A stretch of DNA of 58,641 nt, the filler included, from Basidioascus undulatus (taxonomy: Eukaryota), in the NCBI GenBank assembly GCA_000826855.1. It is 3 parts of 3 records of this genome, joined end to end, with 100 filler letters (N's around TTAATTAATTAA, not from the genome) between each part and the next. Parts side by side here need not be neighbours in the genome. Positions count along the whole stretch, not along the records: positions 39,168 to 58,641 come from JTLS01000417.1; 2 more parts are not named here. The stretch is one strand, 5' to 3'. The notes under the pieces are model-generated. The model searched no databases. It had not been told where the DNA came from and saw only the letters and a program-made list of their open reading frames with translations. This document shows positions 47,312 through 58,641 of this stretch, piece by piece; the first letter of the stretch is position 1; the number at the start of each line of letters is the position of its first letter. Position numbers and translations under genes: made by a program.

Positions 47312-50300
47312 ATGCATCCGGAGCCTACCAACCCATCTGCGCCTGCTCCCGCGAATGCGGATGAAGGGGTGCCTGTGGTGTCTACGACCACGCTGCCTCA
47401 GCCGATACAACGATTGCCTCAGGCTGCGAGGAAGGTGTGTGCGGGCGACTCGAAGTCCGCGCGGCTTGCGCGTAGCTGACGCGTGTGTGGGACCACAGCA
47501 ATATAGCGGTATGTAGTGAGACTCTGATCTTCGAACCTTTCGCAATATTGAACGATGGCTGGCCGATGACAGCTTGCGACGGTTCGTCGAGCTGCTCGCT
47601 TGGCTTTTGCATGGTGGCGGAGCTGACGCGGCGTTAGCTCTTCAGCTTGCCGGAGTCGCAAAGTGAAGTGCTTCCGCGTTCCTAACGAGCCGAAGGTGAG
47701 AGTCTCGTCAAGAATGATATTCCGTTGTATCAAGGCAGTCGGGGGCCATGACTTTAAACCTACCTGGTCGAATGAGCCTCTTCTGTTCACCCGTACGACA
47801 CCACTTCGAGGTCCCAGTAGCTTACCGCCCCCTTTCTGCAGTGTGTCACATGCCGCACAAAGAATCTTCCCTGTACCTCTGTCTACGTCACCTCCGCCTC
47901 GCACTCCACCTCGAAACGGTCTACGAAGCGCCCCCGCACTTCCTCCACGACCACCCCCGCGTCGTCTTCTTCCACCCCATCCACATCCTCCACCAACCCG
48001 CTTACCCGAACCGCGGAACGAAGAGGGTCATCCCCGCTCACGGGAGCTGTGGAGGATTTGATCGGGTTTCTCTTCGAGCCGGACGGGGTGGACGCGAAGG
48101 TCACGGAGAGTCGGAAAAGGCTCGCGGCGAGCAAGGAGCTGCAGATGGAGTGAGTCGTTGTTCGGCCTCGTTGGGTTTTCTGAGGGTGGATGAGCAGCAT
48201 ACTGATGAACGGGTTTGGCCGACAGGTTGGCGGCGGACCTGGTGGAGACCTATTTCGCAGTCGTACATATCCGATTACCCCTACTCGAGTACGCCGTGCT
48301 TCCGTATCTTGCTTGAATGTGTTCAGTACTGACGATACTTGATAGTCCTTCGGCATTCCGCTCGCGCTTTTACCAACCGGAAGCGGACGGCCCGCCTCCG
48401 GAGTGCCAAATCGTCGTCGTCATCGCGTTCGTGCTTTCGTCCCGTTCTCCTCAATGTTCCTGCAGCTCATTCTCCTTTTCTCTGTCTAACAGATGGGGTG
48501 GAAAGTTCTCTGAGAATCCGCTCATCGTTCAAGGTAGGTTTATGGGCCGACCAGGTAGCTATTTCGGGGCTGACTGTCACCATGTGCGGGCATCGTCAGA
48601 TCGCAGCGAGACTCTCGCTCTCAGTGGCCGGTCGCACAGCCAAATCGCAACCCAGCTGTGTCGGCGCGCTCAGGAAGTCCTCGAGCGGGCAAAGGTGCAC
48701 CGCGTGGCCAGCATCGAGCATGTTTCGGCTGCGCTCCTTATGGAGCTCCTTCTTCCACGTGCGTCTGTTATCGCTTCGCTTAATGCTTCCTTGTCACGCA
48801 AATGCACACAAGCTTATTCACCCTCTTCCGTTTACTCGTTCTGGGACCACTTCAGAACATGCCAATGCGGCCGACCGCTTCAAAAGCTTTTGGATCACGA
48901 CCGCTGTTCGGCACCTGCTCGAGCTGCAGATCAACAAGCGGAGTACAGTCCTCGCCATAAAGGACTCCCAGGAGCGCGGCGCAACAGTGCTTGTATGGTA
49001 AGGCTCAACCAACATAAGATCTCGCTAACGGATGCTGATAAGCTGCACGTATGTGTCCTACAGGTGGATAGCGACTCAGGTTGACGCGATTGGGTCTGCG
49101 TGCTTCCGTCGGAAACCGATTTTGTACGTCAGATACCGACCTGGGCTGAGCGGCATCCAGCTAATCAGGATAACTTCGGTCCCGAGGTCCGAGGACGATT
49201 ACGACGTCGACTTGCTCTCCATCTCCCCGGCCGTCTCAGATGACTCTCCTGACTCTTCCGACGCCGTCGATCGCGTTCGTTTGCCCTCTTTGCCATTTTC
49301 CCCTGATCCCATCTTCGAAAGTCTACTTTGGCTGACGCTCCAGGTCTGTGTCGTGCAGTATGTAATCTGGTATCGGGCGCAAGACGCGCTGCTGCGCGCC
49401 GCACGTAAGCTCTGCTTGACGCTTTGGACGCCCCGCTGCGAGTCGAGCGAAATTCCGGCTTCCGCTCTGCGCGAGCTTCTCGACGTATTTGCGGGGTGGA
49501 GGATGGAGCACTTGGCGAGGGTCGGAGTACCGCCTGTGTGGCCGCAGAGCTGGGACTTGTGCGTTTCTCATATTCACTCACCCGAATCTCGGAGCGGGAC
49601 TGACTTTTGCCTTTGTCGGTGCACCGTACAGTGTTCAAGCCGTGCAAGCATGTACGCTCTGGACCGCGCAACCGTAGCGGCTATGCAATTTCTGACGTTC
49701 TGTTGGTTATCACAGGCGCTACCGATGCATGCTTCCATGCGCTTTTGGTGGTGCGTCTTACGCAGCCTCTTATCCGGCCCATCCGTCCCGCGCTGATAAG
49801 CTTCCATTTCAGTCGATCGCCGACGCAGTCGAGGACTACGGCATCGCAGCGTCGTATCCGTCGAACGACTCAATGGGCAGGCCACCATCGACGCCCGAGA
49901 CGGAGCACCTGCGAACGCGGGCGCTCGAGGAAGGGTTGCATGCCGCGCTAAGGATCTCTGCTCTCGTGAGTAGTCTCGTGTCTGTGCTTCCCCCTTCACG
50001 CAAGCGGCAAACGTTGACTTCCGAAAATCATATGCAGTCGGTCCTGCTCCGCTCGAACAACTACCTCCGGTTGGACCCCAACTTCCTCCGCTATCCTCTC
50101 TCTGCTTCGGGTCTTTTTCTTGCTCGGCGGGGTGAGCAGCTCTCGCCGTATCTTCCTTCCCTTGTTCTCCTGTCCCTGACACTTTGCGACACGACGGTAG
50201 GTCGTTCGGAAGCTACGCACGTTGTAGCCGGCCTTCGACAATACGCCCTGTCTTACGAGGTAAGCGGCTCTTCCATCTAGACGAATGAGATGCACAAGAT

Positions 50301-50874
50301 GTTGACGTCGGTTGGCTGTCTCCTTCGATTAGGACGCTGCCGCACACGCGAACGAGATCGAGAGCCTGCTCGCCGCGCAGAAGACTCAACAACCGCAACC
50401 GCACCCTCAACCGCAGCCAGAGCCGCACGTCCCCGCGCCTGTTCAACGCCATCATCGCTCCGCGTCGACACCTTCCGAGGTACTCTTTTCGGCGCTCGGC
50501 GAAGACTTCTGCCGTTCATCGACTACGGTACGTTGTCCGCTGTTCGAGTATGCTTGATCATGGACTCATTATTCGGTCTCTAGACTTCTTCTCAACAGGC
50601 CTTTAACCCGCTCAACCCGGCGACCACCACGACCACCGCATCCCCCACCCAGCCTTTCGCCCCCGACCTGGCCGGTCACGCTACCGCCGGGTTTCACCAT
50701 TCTCCTTACATGCAGCACTCGCATTCGTTCCCCGCCACTCCGCAACAGCATCCGCAACCCTTCCATTCGTCGCCGCACCTTCATGTACCCCCTCAGCACC
50801 CTCCTCAGCAACACCCGCAGCCGCAACAGCCTCAGCAGCAAAAGTTTGCGATGCCTGGCTTCCCGTACTTCTGA
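47312..50874 (+). CDS. Zn(II)2Cys6 fungal transcription factor
   Basis: Spliced zinc cluster ACDACRSRKVKCFRVPNEPKCVTCRTKNLPC; middle region (RWGGKFSENPLIV, AIGSACFRRKPIL); Gln/Pro/His-rich C-terminus. Confidence 0.88.
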
Positions 50875-50895
50875 TAACTTCAGACACATTTCTTG

Positions 50896-50949
50896 CTTTC
50901 GTCCCTTTCTCCCCTTTCGTTCGTCCCTTTCGTCCCTTTCGTCCGTTCG
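50896..50949. repeat. 9-bp tandem repeat in 3' UTR
   Basis: CCTTTCGTC, about 5 imperfect copies. Confidence 0.75.
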
Positions 50950-52232
50950 ACATTCGCCAAGGACATATAGATATTATAGTCCCGCAGTGGACCTTCTCAT
51001 GCATCCCCGACCTGGACTTGTACCGCCTTGCATCTGCACTTGTATATAAGAAGACTCAAGAGCCCATCAGCTCCAAAATGCCGCAAGCTAGTATGAGTTA
51101 ATCCGTAGATTACATGTGTCTGTGGACGGGGCGAGTGACGCGGCCTGTGCCAGTCAAGTGCCTTGTCCTCCCGCAGCAAGTATCCTCAACATTTCCCAAA
51201 AAGGCAATGCTTAACTTCTCTCGCCGTGTGCAAACTGAATATGGAGCGTGGAGTCAAATGCATGGTGGCCCTGCAAGCTGAGAAGTCATCACCAGATACA
51301 CTCAGCCGATGCGCCCAATATCACAGAAAACACAGACTCTCGTCACCTCATCCTGATCCCCGTTTCAGTGTCACTGTCCAGTCCTTTTAGTGCCAATAAA
51401 TGCCATGCTTTCACCATTTTTTCACAAAGTATCGCGACTTCCATCCACCCTTCTTCATCCCCCCATCAGGTACCCATCCCTCGTTTGTGTGACACTAGTT
51501 TCCAGCCGTACTAAATTTGCATTCGCCCGGGTTTCTCTTTTGTATTCCCAAGAAGCAACGGCCGCAGTCACGCCTGGCACCTTCCTGGGTGCGCCACCAA
51601 GTCAAAGTGGCTCATACCTGCTGCACTCTTTTGTGTGGAATTGTCCACTCGACGATTTCCAAGGTTTCTACGGTTTGTCTGACCGTTTTCAGGGTATGAA
51701 GGTATGACAACGAGGGCAGGAACACTGCGTCGTTAGCCCGGTAGTATAGCATCCTCGTTCGAACGGTCCAAGTGTGTCGAGACTCGATACAGACGCTGTT
51801 AGAATGTAGTGTTTGTTCTTCAGACCTGATCTCAAAATATGCGCCTTCGTATGAAGTGTCTGTGTAGGCATCTGAGCGGGCAGGGACGGAGACGACTGAC
51901 AGTCACCGCGCGCCATCGTGATCGCAGTTCTCCAACGCCGGCGTGCAGGCGGACCCTACGCCTCACTAGCCTCCAATAGCCGGGCTACCGTGGACGTAAA
52001 TTGTATCTATTATTTGATCCAAGCGCTTTCTGGGCAAGGAAGCGTCTGTGGCTAAGTACTTCTTCCACTGTACGGTCGGCCTCGGGCTTCGGAGCAGGGC
52101 TCGCGCTTGCGCCGTCGTGAAACTGCCCGTCTGACTCGTCTCTTCTGGTTGTCTTGCTTTTGTCTTTTGCTCCTCTTGTTTCTAAACGGATACCTCCTTC
52201 TCTTCCTCAAGCACCTCATAGTTCCTCTCGAC

Positions 52233-53822
52233 ATGCCCCAAACCGTCCCTTCGACGCGCGGCGTGCTCAGTGTACCAGCCCTGCCCAATGTGCTGCGGTC
52301 CACAATAATCGCCCTCGTCCTATCGGTTTTTTTGTCCGCCCCGACCTTAGCGGACACGGTCATGGAGTGTAATTGAAATCAGACGTATGGTTGGATGTTC
52401 AATTATCAACATGAGAGCCCCTGCGTATCTTCTCCTCAGCAGGGGGTTAGTTGGGCGGCTTCTCGAGACCTGACACTATGTTCGGACTGACGTATCATGC
52501 CACCCGGAGTGCAGTTGCCAAATCGCCAATTCCATCTTGCAAGTGTTTTAACCGGGCCAGAACCTTTTCCGCACGGATGAGCCAGGGCTCGGCTTCTACG
52601 CGTACGACAACGAACGCCAGTGTAGGTCCCGGCTCTCCTCCTGACCTCGGTGTTATCTTGCTGATCAGGCCTACTTTTCAGGAAATGTCTATTTTACAAC
52701 ATATACATTAGTTTGAAGCATGTGACGTTTCACTCAGCTCACATGGTTGGCACTTCAGGGAATGCTTGGCCTGTCACCAAGATACTTAGTTTTCGCCCTT
52801 CACGTTCAACGGTTTCACTGTCGATTGTTCTCAAGGCAGCTTCAGGAACAAGACGTATGTGATTTCTCAGGCTGTTTATAGGTCTCTAATCCGGGTGGGG
52901 AATCAGGGCCGATGTTCACAATTTCTCCCCCGAGCTGTAGGCGCGCATTCCGAAATGGGCGAAGATCGACAATCTGGTCGTGCAATGGTCATTCAGTAAA
53001 TTTCTAGAGGTATATCTGCCTGAAAAAAGGTTCCAGCTCTGACTCTCGACCTGCAGCGGATGCAAAGACCAACGCCACCCAAGAAACCGCCATCCAGTCG
53101 AGTGCATCTATCGGTGAGTGACTGCGCACTCGTCCAGGCTTCAAGGCATCAATCCAATCAACCACAACAATGTAAAAACCTCTACTGCATCTGTCGCCAC
53201 CTCTTCCGCCACTTCTGCGTCCGGCAGGTCAACTTCCTCTTCGGGTAGCGAACGCGGGGGCGATCGCAGGCGGCGTTGTCGGCGGCGTTGCCGATCTTGC
53301 CTTGATCGCCGCCTTGATCTGGCTCTTCCGGAAGAAGGCTCGCTCACGCGGCAAGGACACCGAGAGTGCGGAGAAGGTTATCCGCGACAGCGCGGAGGGC
53401 GAGGCGGTCATTGAGCCGTACAAGAAGCAGCCCTACCGTGACCTCCCGCTCGCAGGCCACCGGGAGTCGGCGCATCACTCCTTCATCGGGTCGCAGCACG
53501 GGCATCCTGCGCCTACGGACGAGGCTTCTGTTCGAGGCCAGGGGCCGTTCAGTCCGGTCGGCAATACGTTTGAATACCTTATGTCTCTTCCACAACGCCT
53601 TGTGTTTCCTCGTGCCGACGTTGTTGCGTGAAATTGCTAGCGATATCGTCCCTTGGCACGTTCGACCCTATCAGTGCCTCAGGGGGCCGCCGTCCTTACC
53701 AGTCTTCTCAAGGCTCCGAGTCTGGCTCTACGCACCGTCGCGACCTGAAGTCGGCGCACCGACCTCCGACGAGTGTCACGGAGGAGCACGTGGAGCAGCC
53801 TCCCCCTGCGTATCAGCGATAG
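52233..53822 (+). pseudogene. Cys-rich secreted-domain, single-TM (Mid2-like tail) protein with premature stop
   Basis: Signal peptide IIALVLSVFLSAPTLA; ECN*NQTYGWMFNYQHESPC (TGA 52374-52376 in frame); Ser/Thr stalk; NAGAIAGGVVGGVADLALIAALIWLFRKK; C-terminal PPPAY. Confidence 0.65.
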
Positions 53823-54355
53823 CTTGCCATTTGAAGCTTTCCATTTACTCTTGCTCTTATACCCAGCTCTTGTGCTCTTCTGTATCCTTGCATGTCACTC
53901 AAGTCGTTCTGCTCTACACTTGGGACATGGAATCATGGTTGCGAAAGAATGCATGCCTCCGCGGCTGGTACTTCGCCTCTTCTCCATGCACTGCCCATCT
54001 TACTTTCTGATCTACGTCATCTGTGCGGTAGAAATTTCACGTCACGTACATTGATCACCATTGAGCGCTCGATGCCTCCTCTTATTATGCATGCTATGAC
54101 ATGGGGCAAGGCAATTAGGTGTGCAGTCAAAGTCACTTTTAACGGGGTAATGATCTGTCTGCGAATGTTTAATGGTATGTAGATGCCTACCAATCTAGCT
54201 AAGGTAAAGCATCAGAAAGCGCGGCGCAATGACGTTCACATCCACCAAAAGGCAACCTGCTACGCCGCGCAACAGCGAAAAGCTAAACAGCCTACACGTG
54301 TACATAGGCCAATTCAAATGGAATTCTGTAAATTCTAAGGCAAAGGAAACAGAGA

Positions 54356-55686
54356 CTACTGCTGCCAAGGCTGGCTTGACTGGATGAACTGGTCAACGAG
54401 GATGGCAACTCTGCGACCGACACCGGCGCTGAGTGCAAAGCCACCACCGGCGCCACCTGCAGTGAAAGCGGTTCAGAATGAGACCAAATAATATGATGGC
54501 CGTGGAGTATTGGAATGCACGGACCATACGCATGTACGACGGGCTGTCCCTCAATGACCTCTGCCTCGACGCGCAAGCCAGACTTGCGGCCGGGCCGAAT
54601 GCCGACAATGTCCCTCAAAATCTCGAGCTCCTTGTGCGACGTTGGAATGGAGGGCTCGAGTTGGTGCGCACGGCGGCAGATATCGTCGCGTAGCGCCGGG
54701 TCGACTTTGCCATCCCTGTACCACAAGCTCGACGAACGTTAGCCCATGTGCCGGATCCGGAAACAACGACAATGAATAAAGACCCACGTCTCGCCAAATT
54801 GCTTGATGCCCCCAATAATGACTGTGCCATCAAGGCGAGGAATGATGTAGCAATAGTCGTTGCCGGTTCGGAAGAGCATCTTGTCGATGGAGCTCTTGAT
54901 GACCATCGTCTGCCCCCTTATCGTCTCCACGTCCGCATCCTCGACGCCCCCGAGCGTTTGTGCGCCAACGCCGGTAGCGTTTACGACTACGTCCGCCGTA
55001 CCCTTGAGCTCCCCGATAGACTCCACCGTCTTGCGGACAAAGACGACGCCCGACGCCTCGAGGCGCTGCTTGAGCCAGACGATGTACGCGGGGGCGGTGA
55101 GGACAATTGTGTCGTGCGAGATGCCGATCTTAGCGCCGCATTCGGGCGGCAGTTCCGAGGGAGACAGAATGCGGTACTAGCTAGTTTGGTGTCAGAAACT
55201 TCGATTTTCATAAAAGACCCAACAAGCACGCACGTTGGGCATGAAGTCTTTCCACCAGAGGTCCTCGTCGGTATGGGTGTTGTCCCGAAAGAGCACCTCT
55301 TTGATCCGCTGCAGGCCGGCCGGTATCAGTCGAGTCAGCCAGAGGAAATGTACAGGTGAGTAAGTACGATTTACCCACCTTGACGGTAGACTCAGGGTTG
55401 GTCTCTGCGAGTTCCCAAAAGTAACGGAAGCTCGCTTTGAGCATCTCGATCTCTTCGGGGTTCTTGGATGACCCCCCCCCGAAGCCAGCACCGGCCCTGA
55501 AAAAGACCTATTCAGTGAGCATATGGTATGCATCAAACTTGATGCGTACCAAGGACTCGCCCAACCTAGGCTTTCCGGGTCGCCCGGAAGATCGCGAGCG
55601 ACGACAGTGACTTTGAACGAACGAGGAAGCGCTTGCGCGATCGAAAGGCCGAAGACGCCTGCACCTATGATGGTAACCGAAGGCAT
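54356..55686 (-). CDS. D-amino-acid oxidase family flavoprotein
   Basis: IIGAGVFG FAD motif, WASPW|AGA, VVVNATGVGA, IRGQT, YIIPR, VGIRPGR, VVHAYG|GAGGGF; five introns. Confidence 0.92.
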
Positions 55687-58266
55687 AGTGGAAGTTGTTC
55701 GAGCGAGTTTGAGACAGAGCACTATCAAAGTCCTGAAGAGGGCCAAGTTGGGATGGTGTAAGGACGGTGACCGCGCTGCTCAAGTCGCGTGCTGCGCTTC
55801 GCCAAGAGCTCACATGCGCATGCGAGACCTCAGCGATACTGTATAATCGCGTGATGTGTAGGCAGGAATAATGCCTTCGGGGGACACGGGGCGCCGTATT
55901 CTTCTAAAATTAGCTGGAAAGTCTGCCTCGAAAGGCCAGCTCAGTGAGCTGGCACAAGCGAGCAAGTGTAAGGGGAAAGCAAGCAGTACGCCCCTCCCTC
56001 GACGCACTGATTCTTGCGGAGTAATAAGCCGTCCGCCCAGAGAAGGCTGGCTTGTCAGAATGTGGGCCAGTAAGTTCTGGGACTGAAAGCGAAGCACAGC
56101 AGGCTGGGCTGTAGCACCGGGGACGCCGCAGGGGGCAAGGCCAAGCTGGAAGGAGACTTGCGACGACGGGTCCGTATCTTTCACTGCGGCGTGCTGAACA
56201 ACTTGCCGACGAAGTGAGTTTATGACAATGCTCACGCCTGTCAGATCTTGTATCTTGTGAGTTTTCACGAAGGCGGATCTTCCGACCAGGTGCAGTTTCA
56301 AAACTCACCCGTCAACAGGTGCACAAGCAGTGTTTCTGCCCCACCTATTCCTGATTGTAAGCTCAGGCTTGCGCGGACTTTAACCTTTACAATGCATCTA
56401 TTTATTTCAGTAGTGGAAAATTTAGATGGGGCCTGTCCCTCCTGAATGTCTTCCTTTGACCCTTCGTGGATCGTGCACCACTGAAGGCGATGCCTTTACA
56501 CTGCCCATCCTCAACGGTTTGGTATGTCTGGGTTCACCTTCCGGGTATTTCCAAGAATACCAACCGACAGTAAATAACAGTGCCATGAACTTTCTTCAGC
56601 AACGTCTTGAAAGTTTCTCAGGGAGCTGCCCACATGAACGTGCATGAGTCTAGTGATCCAACTCCGACTGCCACACAGATGAAATCCTTGACACATCCTA
56701 AACATGTCTAAACAAAGTTTTTGAGCGAAATTTCGGCTTTGTATTAATAACAAGAACGCAGAGTCTGACCTTTTGGGCAGGTTGCCCGTGCAATTTTTCC
56801 AAATGAAGCGACACTCTAGATCACTCGCTACTGGCTACCGGGCCAGATGTGAGACATTGTAGAGTGGGAAGGTTTTAACAAGAAGCAGCTGATAGCACAG
56901 TAGTCCGCCTCGGCAACGTCCCATCGAGGAAAGGGGCTGCAGTTTTCACCCATTTGAGGCATTGTACCCTACGCGGCCAGCCGAGTCGCACTTGGACCAC
57001 AGTTGGGCACGGCCATTCTTGGCTGCGAGCTGGATGTCCAACTGGTTGACACGCGCGCGATATTCTTGCATTCATTCCGAAAGGCGAGCGTGGAGGGGAC
57101 TTCCCATAGCCAAAACTTCTAGTTTAGCACCGCTAGAACTCCGGACCTCCAAATGTCAGATATCTGGCAGCGCTACCGCAGGACACCGAAGTCCGCTAGG
57201 TTGCCAGTCTGGCGCGAGTGTCCGTGCGTCGGGCAGCATGGTATGTATCGAAGTTCGCATTACACCGGGCAGTCGCGCTGTCCTTCGGAAGATAATGATC
57301 TGGAGGTGCTGTCAAGCATCTGGGGAGGGGTCGACCCCTTCCCCAGACTCGGGGGAGGACCTCTGAGCAGTTGCTGTCGCTCACGATCCTCCAGACGCCT
57401 CAGACAAGCAATTTGGCACCGCTAAACAAGGAATCTGGCCTGCGGGAAGTCCTTCACTTGAAATGCACCCTCGGCGTGACGCAGTCGATCGGACTGCCGC
57501 TGCAGGATGAAAGGCGCAGCGTGACGCCTTTCGGTCTTTCTTTCACCCGCAGTCCCCTTGATCCGGAGTAGCTTCGTGAGATCACCATCAAGGACCATTG
57601 AGAATGAGCTGCTCTTTGAGGGCGAACTTTTCTTCAGCGATAGGTAGCGATAGTACCAGCTTGGAGAACGCACGCCGACTCGAGTGCCGCGCAAGTCTTT
57701 GTCTGGCGGGTTCCGCTGTGCGCCTTTGTTGGCAAAACCAACCTTCAACCGCATGAAGCATGTCATGATCTTAACGAGATATGTGGTCAAAGCGTTCGCA
57801 CATGGTACAGCTCCGCGGGCGCCGTCCCGAATCGCATGGCAGACAAAGACGCCCAAGTAGAAAGACTACTGTGTCAGATGAACCTAGAGAACGATGAGAT
57901 TATGTGAGATACGGCGGCAGTGGTAGAGCAGGAAAGCGGGAAATGCGGGAAAATGCAAGTGAAAGTGCAAGTGCAGGAACCTGAAATGAATGGGAGAATG
58001 CGAGACCCTTTGGTGGTGCAGTGCGAAACGGGAAAGTTTACGGGATAATGAGATAATTAGAGTGAAAGAGAAGGGTGTGGAGCAACAGTAAGAGAAACAC
58101 CTAAGGAGACGGAGAGAGACGAGACAGCGATGGGAATGAGAGTGATGAAAGAGACGAAGTAGAGAGCACGAGATACAACAGCGCCATACCGGCCCAGCGG
58201 CCCCTAGGGGTATCTAAGAACGAGGCACGGAAGGGAAAGTCCTCACATCAGAGAAAAAGGAAACGA

Positions 58267-58641
58267 CTAATGCTGCGCCGTCCACGTCTGCGGGTGGGCC
58301 TCCCACATGGGCGCATACGACCCCGCTGCAGCCCTAAGGAACTCCGGGTTGAGCTCGACGGGGAGCGTGAGGTGCTCCGCGCCCGCGGTGGCGTCCGCCT
58401 TGATAGGCGAGTCGGGCGGGAGCGCCAAGGAGATGCCGTTCAGGTGGTATGCGAACCCTGCGGAGGCGGAAGAGCGGAGCGCGACGAGCCCCGCCAGCGC
58501 GGAGTCTTCTTGATCGGACGTACGCCGGGCGCTCCGCGGGAGGGTGTGCGACAGAGGCGGGTGGTGGTCGGCGTCGGACAGGTGCGGAGCCCAGTTCGAG
58601 TAGGTCGGTGCGGGGGCGGTGGGGCACGCGGCGGGCGTGCA
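58267..58641 (-). CDS. 3' end of a gene entering from the right edge (hypothetical)
   Basis: Open GC3-rich frame CTPAACPTAPAP...QEDSALAGLVALRS...PQTWTAQH* with stop at 58267-58269, followed by a pyrimidine-rich 3' UTR. Confidence 0.65.
   Translation of the reverse strand, partial: CTPAACPTAPAPTYSNWAPHLSDADHHPPLSHTLPRSARRTSDQEDSALAGLVALRSSASAGFAYHLNGISLALPPDSPIKADATAGAEHLTLPVELNPEFLRAAAGSYAPMWEAHPQTWTAQH

Overview
Intron-rich, GC-rich fungal genomic DNA, most likely a basidiomycete (Pucciniomycotina-like). Introns are short (about 50-150 nt) with GTGCGY/GTRAGT donors and CTRAC branch points. The window has two 100-nt scaffold gaps carrying an artificial TTAATTAATTAA linker. Recognisable genes: HEATR5/Laa1, GUP1-type MBOAT, a UBX protein, Rud3-type golgin, a truncated homoserine dehydrogenase (HOM6), a large alpha-solenoid protein, TAF13, CCC2-type Cu-ATPase, fRMsr (GAF), a Sfi1-like N-terminus, a Zn2Cys6 transcription factor and a D-amino-acid oxidase. 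Several disrupted accessory genes are also present (F-box-like, SGNH-like, Cys-rich membrane protein). Most notable observations: (1) the large solenoid protein carries UNC79-like motifs, hinting at a fungal Cch1/Mid1/UNC79/UNC80 channel complex; (2) HOM6 breaks off just before its catalytic Lys, 8 bp from that gene's ATG; (3) a non-coding array of related hairpins with a 127-nt period at 17 kb; (4) a stand-alone POT1 C-terminal OB-like gene; (5) a 55-aa single-TM microprotein missed by the ORF track; (6) an ATG split by an intron and 9-10 nt microexons. All family assignments come from motif recognition, not database searches.
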